DNA from: Candidatus Helarchaeota ASGARD archaeon Hel_GB_B | GTDB lineage: Archaea; Asgardarchaeota; Lokiarchaeia; Helarchaeales; HEL-GB-B | DNA length: 64,000 nt | Assembly (NCBI GenBank): GCA_005191425.1 | Contig: SUPR01000005.1 | Span: forward strand, 344 to 64,343 | Direction: 5' to 3' | Part shown: one piece after another, positions 57,597 through 64,000 of the stretch | How positions within the stretch are numbered: position 1 is the stretch's first letter | How the letters are laid out: every line of letters starts with the position of its first letter | Translations under genes and position numbers: made by a program | Notes under the pieces: model-generated | What the model was told of the DNA's origin: nothing | The model's database searches: none | Seen by the model: only the letters and a program-made list of their open reading frames with translations

Positions 57597-59690
57597 TTAT
57601 TGTATTTCTTTTATTCTTTTTTTACGATAATCATCTAGTATATTTGATAATTCTTTTTCTTTTTCTTGTAATAATAAATTTTCCCGTTTTTTTATCCATT
57701 TTTTATAGACTAAATCAAATTTTTTTCTATTTATAAGAATATAATCATTAATTCTATATATATCAAATTCAGAAGAGGGAATTGCAATAACGTTATGTTT
57801 AATAAAAGCCTGTTCTGCTCCATGTGTCATATTACTTATTTTTGAATTATAAATTATACACTTTACGCCCCGTTCTATTAATGTAAGAGCAGTATTAGAG
57901 CCTCCGCCACTTATATTATCTATATAAATTATCTCATTTATGATTTTAGTATTTAAAATTGTATCTGTAGAAAAGTTTGGGATAATTTGAATATTATAAA
58001 ATTTATCCATTAGATTCAATTCTTCTAAAAATGTAGAATGCTTGTCTCTATATGTAATTTCATTTTGTAATTCTTTAATTTTATATTCTTGTTTATGAAT
58101 CTGCTTTTTCAAACTAGAAATTTCGTTAAGGAGCGAATTAATATATCGTTCTTTACGAAATTCTTTATATTGTTCACTTTTCAGAATATCTATAGTGTGT
58201 TTGAGTTGGTCTATTTCCACATTTTTTTCTTTTAATGATTTAATTTCAGATTTATATCTATGTATTTTATTTAATAAAATTGTATTCTGGTTATAAAGCC
58301 GTTTAATTCTATTTTCTAAAACATAATATTGTTTATTATATTTTTCAATTTTAGTAATAACTGATTCAGAGGAATCATTCTGTTTAGATGATTCATTATT
58401 CAGGGAAGGTGAAGCCAGAGAAATAGCATCAAAAATTGAATAACCTTTTATAATATATTTTTTTACTTCATCAGCATTAACTTTATTTTGAAGGTTCATT
58501 TCGTGTATTCTCAAGTCCACCTTTTTAAACCGTTTCTCAAAAAATTGGTATGCTTTTATGGCGGATACTAACGCGTCTCTTTCATGGGCATTTTCTATTT
58601 TTATGTTAGAATTATGTGATTTAAGGAATGTATTTACCAATTCATGTTTCTCAGGGATTTTTAATACTTTTTTAGGATGATATATAAGAGCTTGAGACAA
58701 ATTTGCAAATTTTTCAACAAAACGTGGTATTTTTATAATATCTGTACCAACAACGGATGGAATTCCATAATTATTAAATATTAACTTTCTTAAGTCATTT
58801 CTACTCATTTGTTTTTTACTAAAAATATCAAGAATATTTCCTTTTAGGTCTAATATTGCCACACCAATCGTTATGCCTGGATCCAGACCTATTATTAAAC
58901 TTTTTGACTTCGTAAGTGGAGCACTAGCCCCAGATAATGGTATAAATTCTACTTGGTTCTTTTTAATAGGGCTTATTTTTATTTTTATTTTTGGAGTAAA
59001 AACCGGTCTAATTAATGTATAAATGGACTGATAGTCCGAATATACAAGAAAATGACTATAATCTAGTCCATATTCATTTTTTCTAAAAGATAAATCATAA
59101 TCTATTTTATTTTTTTCTAATAAACTTTGAATCTCTCTAGAAATATTTAAAATTCTACCAGTTAGATCTCTTTTATATCTATTTGCACTTTGTCCTCCTC
59201 TTCCTGGAATTTTTGCTGTTGAGACAGTAATCTTAGTTTCATCTTTATAGAGATTAATTAGATAACCTATTTTTTTCCTTACTAATTCTATACATACTTT
59301 AGCAGATTCTAGTGGATTTGTATAGTCCGTTTTTATATTATTTTGTTGTGCAATAATCTTCAAAGGCTTTAAAGTATTTGGAATAGCAGGATTACCGGTT
59401 ACTTGGACTATTTTTATTCCAATAGGTAAATCCTTTATAATATGATATAATTCGCTATTATTTTTTACTAATTCAAAAATGTTATCGATAGCTAAATAAT
59501 TTACATTATATTTATTTAAATACTCAAATAATTTCTTTTTTCTAACATTTTTTTTCTCAAAAATTGATAAATCTTCTTGAAATATTGCAAGGGAATAAGT
59601 GGGTGGTGATTTACTTAGCGGTGAATTCATTGGCTCTATATCAATTCCCGCATAAATATTCAATTTTTTTGATGATGATATATTAACCAC
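57597..59690 (-). CDS. COG2433-like protein: two RNase-H-fold (RuvC/YqgF-like) domains, a central coiled coil and a C-terminal domain
   Basis: 697 aa. Domain 1 IYAGIDIEPMNS...LAIDNIF. Domain 2 LIIGLDPGITIGVAILDLKGNIL...AHERDALVSAIKAY (YqgF/RuvC-like GLDxG...ERDA). About 130 aa of heptad repeats at residues ~430-560. C-terminal ISGGGSNTA...GAEQAF domain. Confidence 0.55.
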   Translation of the reverse strand: MVNISSSKKLNIYAGIDIEPMNSPLSKSPPTYSLAIFQEDLSIFEKKNVRKKKLFEYLNKYNVNYLAIDNIFELVKNNSELYHIIKDLPIGIKIVQVTGNPAIPNTLKPLKIIAQQNNIKTDYTNPLESAKVCIELVRKKIGYLINLYKDETKITVSTAKIPGRGGQSANRYKRDLTGRILNISREIQSLLEKNKIDYDLSFRKNEYGLDYSHFLVYSDYQSIYTLIRPVFTPKIKIKISPIKKNQVEFIPLSGASAPLTKSKSLIIGLDPGITIGVAILDLKGNILDIFSKKQMSRNDLRKLIFNNYGIPSVVGTDIIKIPRFVEKFANLSQALIYHPKKVLKIPEKHELVNTFLKSHNSNIKIENAHERDALVSAIKAYQFFEKRFKKVDLRIHEMNLQNKVNADEVKKYIIKGYSIFDAISLASPSLNNESSKQNDSSESVITKIEKYNKQYYVLENRIKRLYNQNTILLNKIHRYKSEIKSLKEKNVEIDQLKHTIDILKSEQYKEFRKERYINSLLNEISSLKKQIHKQEYKIKELQNEITYRDKHSTFLEELNLMDKFYNIQIIPNFSTDTILNTKIINEIIYIDNISGGGSNTALTLIERGVKCIIYNSKISNMTHGAEQAFIKHNVIAIPSSEFDIYRINDYILINRKKFDLVYKKWIKKRENLLLQEKEKELSNILDDYRKKRIKEIQ

Positions 59691-59711
59691 CCAAATAGAT
59701 GTAATATATTC

Positions 59712-60590
59712 TTATATTTCAAATTTATCAAAAATTTCTTTTTTATCAATAATAATATTAAATTTTCTTCTAAAAAAATTTAGAATATTAAATATGTCTC
59801 TTTTTAAATAAAATAAATACTGTGGATGATCGGCAGAAATCCACTGTGGAAAATCGAAAATTAATAGTTTTTGTTCGTTTAATATCATTATATTAAATTC
59901 ACTTAAATCCGAATGAATAATATTAAAATTTTTAAATGCTAAATAAATAAAGTCTAGAATTTTATTTAAAACTTTATTCGGTGTTTTTAAATAATTAATA
60001 TTTGCTAATAATTTTCCGTTCATAAAACTCATTACAATAATATGTCTATTGTGAAAAATTGGTCTTGGGACTGGAAGGCCTCCTTTATGCAAAATTTTCA
60101 ATGCCTCAAACTCTTTACTTGCAGATAAACGAGATATATATAACCAACTTATATGTCTTCTGTCTTCAATATAATTTCTATAACGTCTGACATTATGAAA
60201 ACTTGTTTTTCCAATTCTGTGTATTTTTACAGCTGCGCGTTCTTTACTATTTGACAATAAAACATCATAAACATCTGCTTCTTTTCCAACACCCAATTTA
60301 TTTCCAAATGCTTCTATTATATCTGCTTTTATAAGTGCATTTAAAGCCAGACAATCGTATCCGTCCATTTTTAATTTATAACCGATAAATTTGTTTTTTT
60401 GCATTTCGATAAGTTTATAATTCAACAGTCTATTGAGATAAAAATTAACGTCTTCTTTTGTATAACCAGAATAAGTAAAAATTGCAGATAAAGGCACATA
60501 TTGATATTTTTTCATGCCACGTTCAATTGAATTTAAAATATGATAATCTCCGTTTCTCAATTGTTTTATAGTCTCCAGAACCTTAATCAA
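59712..60590 (-). CDS. rio2: RIO-type serine kinase, Rio2 (N-terminal winged helix + RIO domain)
   Basis: 292 aa. N-terminal wHTH. ATP-binding LGVGKEADVY..AAVKIHRIG. Catalytic loop IIHSDLSEFNIMI. Metal-binding IFDFPQ. Confidence 0.85.
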   Translation of the reverse strand: MIKVLETIKQLRNGDYHILNSIERGMKKYQYVPLSAIFTYSGYTKEDVNFYLNRLLNYKLIEMQKNKFIGYKLKMDGYDCLALNALIKADIIEAFGNKLGVGKEADVYDVLLSNSKERAAVKIHRIGKTSFHNVRRYRNYIEDRRHISWLYISRLSASKEFEALKILHKGGLPVPRPIFHNRHIIVMSFMNGKLLANINYLKTPNKVLNKILDFIYLAFKNFNIIHSDLSEFNIMILNEQKLLIFDFPQWISADHPQYLFYLKRDIFNILNFFRRKFNIIIDKKEIFDKFEI

Positions 60591-60694
60591 GATCTCACCA
60601 TTGTTTTCATCTTAACTTCTTAGATTAATATAGATAAAAATTAAAAATTAAGAAGCCATTTTCACATATTAATAGGTGCGAGAAAATAAAATTG

Positions 60695-62215
60695 TTATGA
60701 ATGTGTTTTTTCCCATAATCTAGCAGCTTCTTCCAAATTTAAAAATGAATCACCAGTATTAGAGTATTTTTCTCGAATTTTTACGAGAACCGGGAAATTC
60801 ACTGCGTTACCAACGATTAATGCTTCGCCTACAGGTAAATTTGAAATAAGTCCTAATGTTTCGCTTGATATTTGTTCCGATGACTTTTTTATATGGTCTA
60901 AATCAGACGGATTAGTGATCCGCATTATTATATGTGTGCCACATTGACTTAAAGCTGTAGTAGATAGTCTAACAGGACGTTGGCTAATTAAACATAAAGA
61001 AGCGCCAAATTTACGACCTTCTCTCGCATATGTCTCAATTATTTGCTTGGAAATGGCTTTTCCTTCGGGGCAAAACTGGTGAGCTTCCTCTAGAATTAAT
61101 AGAAAAGGGCATATTTTTTTCTCTTTCCTCAAATTAAAGAGTCGTTCAGCAAAATAAGAAATTAGGATTTGTTTATGTTTGATACTAATAGTTTCTGATA
61201 GATCAAGAATTAAAGCCTTACCTATTTCAATATGGTCCAATAACTTAGGATTTTCTTCGTCTGAAAATATGTGCATATGTTCTAATGGGTCTAACCATCC
61301 CAATAGTGCTTCCTTACTTTTTATATTCATTTTTGGGTCGTCATTTATTTCTGAAATTAAGTCATTAAGAGAATAAGGACAATTTGGGTGTGATCGCCGA
61401 TAATTATTTATGATTCTATTTAATTCTCGTATTTGGGCTGAAGATATATTCGATTGGAAGTTTGCAAAATGATATCCTGAAAGATATGTTGTATTAATCG
61501 TCATAAATGGACTTTTTATTATTTTTACTTGATTTGATAAATCTTTAATTTTTTTATTATTATTATTTGGTTTTTTTCCTAAAGAAACATATTCACCATG
61601 GACATCTACTACTATAATCGAAATCCTTCCGTCTTCAATTTTTCGGTTTAATAATTCTTCAATTAGGACTGATGTGGTATAGCTTTTTCCTGCGCCTGAC
61701 ATTGCTAGAATTGCTAAATGTTTTTGGATGAACCTTGTTAAATTTATTTTCACATCAATTTCATCATGGAAACATAATTTACCCATATTTAGACCTTTAT
61801 CTGTATCCAATCCTATTAATTTGTTTAACGTTTCTTTATCAGCTAAATATACATTGTTTCCTGGAGATGGTGGGAAAGATATTCTATCTAAATTTGAGTT
61901 ATCATGGTCATAATAGCCAAGTGGTTTTGCTATTCCTATTGTATATTCCCATAACTCTGTAGGAAAAATTGATTGAATCCCTGTTTTGGTATCATATTCT
62001 TTTACAGATTCTGCTCTTGTAAAATATCGATTAGTTTTATATACATCTTGAATTATCGCGATAAATTTTCCATCAGATTCGTCTAATTCAATATATTGCC
62101 CTCTTCTAATAGGGATATTTGATTTATTATTTACATTATCTAATACCACGAACCTAAATTGGTTTACATTTGGTTCATTAAAAGAAGCAATAACTGTCCC
62201 TATTTTATGTGGCAA
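60695..62215 (-). CDS. herA: HerA-type hexameric ATPase/helicase (FtsK-HerA superfamily)
   Basis: 506 aa. N-terminal HAS-barrel-like region. Walker A LAMSGAGKSYTT. Downstream Walker B-like hydrophobic-DE stretch. Characteristic length and adjacency to nurA. Confidence 0.8.
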   Translation of the reverse strand: MPHKIGTVIASFNEPNVNQFRFVVLDNVNNKSNIPIRRGQYIELDESDGKFIAIIQDVYKTNRYFTRAESVKEYDTKTGIQSIFPTELWEYTIGIAKPLGYYDHDNSNLDRISFPPSPGNNVYLADKETLNKLIGLDTDKGLNMGKLCFHDEIDVKINLTRFIQKHLAILAMSGAGKSYTTSVLIEELLNRKIEDGRISIIVVDVHGEYVSLGKKPNNNNKKIKDLSNQVKIIKSPFMTINTTYLSGYHFANFQSNISSAQIRELNRIINNYRRSHPNCPYSLNDLISEINDDPKMNIKSKEALLGWLDPLEHMHIFSDEENPKLLDHIEIGKALILDLSETISIKHKQILISYFAERLFNLRKEKKICPFLLILEEAHQFCPEGKAISKQIIETYAREGRKFGASLCLISQRPVRLSTTALSQCGTHIIMRITNPSDLDHIKKSSEQISSETLGLISNLPVGEALIVGNAVNFPVLVKIREKYSNTGDSFLNLEEAARLWEKTHS

Positions 62216-62339
62216 ATAATCAGTACCTCATTTTTTTCTTAATTTGTATTATCCAAAATAGTTATTTAAAATAAACTAATTTTAGTCGAATTAATAGCTA
62301 AAATTTAGCACCATCAAAGAATTTTATACTACTTTAGAA

Positions 62340-63509
62340 TCAAAATGGGCGTCTATTTCTTCTTAATTTAAATAATAATGGTGACTTTTTACCTAATTTA
62401 TCAAATAACGAATTATAAACTATATCTATATCTGTTTCATTCATCTTAGCTCTAGCATCTGCTTCAATTAAAACGCTAGGAACTCCAAATTCAATATGTT
62501 GGTTTGATATTGGCAAAATTATTGAAGCAATTTGGTCGCACATTTTAATAATATTTTCTTTATTACTTTCTGGGACAAGTACTTCAATTCTAGATGGCAG
62601 ATCGAATGGTACTGACTTTAAATAAAATATTTTGATTTTATCTACCCAATAGTCATTGAAAATACTAAATACTCTTGGTAATTTATTTGCAAAATCATGA
62701 TAATCAAATATTAATGACCTTTCTCCCACATCCAAAAATCGAAATAAAAAATCACTATCTCGGTTTTGAGCCAATAATTTTCTATAATTGTAATCGGAAT
62801 TTAAAATATCTCTTAATTCAGGATATTTCTTAATTAAAATAGGTAGAAGTTGAATAAAAATTTTTATAAAATGTGATGACCTTGTATCTTTAATGCAACC
62901 AGCCAAAAAAATGTTTCTATCTGTGCATTCATCAAAAAGTCTCTCATATTTTTTAACAATTTTATTATATTTATTCGATAATGAGGCCTTGAGTCCAGTA
63001 CGTTCTCTTAATTGTGGTAATATAGATCCATCAAGAAGAATTATATCTGGTTGTTCATTTAATACCCCTAACGAAATATCAATTTCTGAATTAATGCGTT
63101 CAAGATTTGCAAATAATTCTGACTCAATATTGGTGAATGGATCAAAAGAAGTTTTAATAATAGGGAATTGATAATCTGATGGATAATATTTTACCATTGG
63201 CTTAATTTTTCCATAATTAAAAATTGCTGCAACAGCTCTTATTATTACTATGTCAAGTCCATGGTATGATTTAGATATAAGTCCACCATCAATACCTGCG
63301 ATCTTCAATCCTCTTAAACTAGCACTTTTTACTTCCTCATATAACTTATTTCCCCACAGATTTTTAGTTAAATTGGGTGGTAAAACTCTAAGGTCTATAA
63401 TATCTTTAACTGACTTTAAAACTTTATTAAATTCATTTCTTTGCTTCTCTATTTTCGAAATTTGCTCCACAATTTCGTCCAATTTTAAAAAAAAATTTTG
63501 TATGTCCAT
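62340..63509 (-). CDS. nurA: NurA 5'-3' nuclease
   Basis: 389 aa. N-terminal catalytic-Asp motif LKIAGIDGGLI. RNase-H-like topology. Immediately downstream of herA in the same orientation. Confidence 0.7.
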   Translation of the reverse strand: MDIQNFFLKLDEIVEQISKIEKQRNEFNKVLKSVKDIIDLRVLPPNLTKNLWGNKLYEEVKSASLRGLKIAGIDGGLISKSYHGLDIVIIRAVAAIFNYGKIKPMVKYYPSDYQFPIIKTSFDPFTNIESELFANLERINSEIDISLGVLNEQPDIILLDGSILPQLRERTGLKASLSNKYNKIVKKYERLFDECTDRNIFLAGCIKDTRSSHFIKIFIQLLPILIKKYPELRDILNSDYNYRKLLAQNRDSDFLFRFLDVGERSLIFDYHDFANKLPRVFSIFNDYWVDKIKIFYLKSVPFDLPSRIEVLVPESNKENIIKMCDQIASIILPISNQHIEFGVPSVLIEADARAKMNETDIDIVYNSLFDKLGKKSPLLFKLRRNRRPF

Positions 63510-63533
63510 AATTTTTCATCAATTTGACTGTGA

Positions 63534-64000
63534 CTATTTTAATATTGACTTTTTTTTATGATACTCTAATACTTTTTTAATAAACAAATTATAAATAGGA
63601 CTAGGTCTATCAAATCTAGATTTATATTCAGGGTGAAATTGAACTCCAACGCAAAATGGATGTCCTTCTAGTTCAATTGCATTCACAATTCTCCGGTTTT
63701 TATCATAGGCAGAAATAATCATTTTAGGACTTGACTTTATATTATCAATATATTTTGGTATAATATGGAACCTATGTCTGAATCGCTCTATAATCTTTTC
63801 TTTTTTATATGCTTCGTATAAAATAGTATTTTTCTCTAAAAATATTTGGTGTCCTCCTAATCGCATAGTACCTCCCTTTTGTTTAATTTTCTTTTGTTCG
63901 GGAAGTAAATCAACCACTGGAAATTCAGTATCCGGGTTTATTTCGGTCGTGTTTGCTGTTTTTTTATTTAAAATATCTCGGCAATAAGCTATATATAATA
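63534..64000 (-). CDS. guaA: GMP synthase glutamine amidotransferase subunit (class I GATase), 5' end beyond window edge
   Basis: C-terminal GATase segment FCVGVQFHPEY (His-Pro-Glu catalytic region) and GGTMRLGG. The frame stays open upstream of the GTG at 63917 to the window end, so the gene is truncated by the window. Confidence 0.7.
   Translation of the reverse strand, partial: LYIAYCRDILNKKTANTTEINPDTEFPVVDLLPEQKKIKQKGGTMRLGGHQIFLEKNTILYEAYKKEKIIERFRHRFHIIPKYIDNIKSSPKMIISAYDKNRRIVNAIELEGHPFCVGVQFHPEYKSRFDRPSPIYNLFIKKVLEYHKKKSILK

Noticed and set aside
1-64000. CRISPR arrays, integrases, transposases or obvious toxin-antitoxin pairs
   Set aside because: No regularly spaced direct repeats of 25-40 bp, no tyrosine/serine recombinase or DDE motifs, and no small paired ORFs of TA type were seen on either strand.

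Overview
This is a 64 kb, gene-dense, very AT-rich (roughly 30% GC by eye) segment of an archaeal chromosome. The archaeal assignment rests on archaeal-type ArgRS and GlyRS, the LX–prefoldin–FtsY arrangement, an HMf-type histone, HerA/NurA, RIO kinase, intron-containing tRNAs and GGTGA-type Shine-Dalgarno sequences. No integrase, transposase or CRISPR array is visible.

Housekeeping content:
- Three intron-bearing tRNA-Arg genes (two in tandem near the start, one at 5.1 kb) close to argS.
- A complete DapL-type lysine pathway split into two loci: dapA-dapB-lysA, and dapL-dapF 11 kb away.
- Thiolase plus its DUF35 partner, an aconitase-family dehydratase pair (leuCD/homoaconitase-like), glyS, an RPA, ftsY–pfdA–rpl(LX), a histone, Ogg, and a herA–nurA–RIO2 neighbourhood.

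More unusual content:
- (i) A tRNA-flanked block at 0.6–10.6 kb with tandem acyltransferase-3 paralogs (one decayed), an MFS transporter, an orphan amino-methyltransferase with apparently permuted motif order, and a membrane-anchored class-A beta-lactamase-like protein.
- (ii) A 10 kb membrane glycoconjugate locus at 17–27.8 kb: CDP-alcohol phosphatidyltransferase, two tandem QxxRW processive GT2 paralogs, a degenerate PaaK/CapK-like protein, another GT2, and a MacB/FtsX-type ABC exporter. It is preceded by an ORF carrying a (GGGCATTAT)5 in-frame microsatellite.
- (iii) A scattered paralogous family of longin/roadblock-like domain proteins, variously fused to an HTH or a Zn-ribbon.
- (iv) A large COG2433-like protein (two RNase-H-fold domains plus coiled coil) next to herA–nurA.
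- (v) A membrane-protein ORF interrupted by a single in-frame TGA.
- (vi) Non-canonical tRNA introns, including one in a T-loop and a probable two-intron tRNA.

All calls are from reading the sequence and ORF translations. No database search was run.
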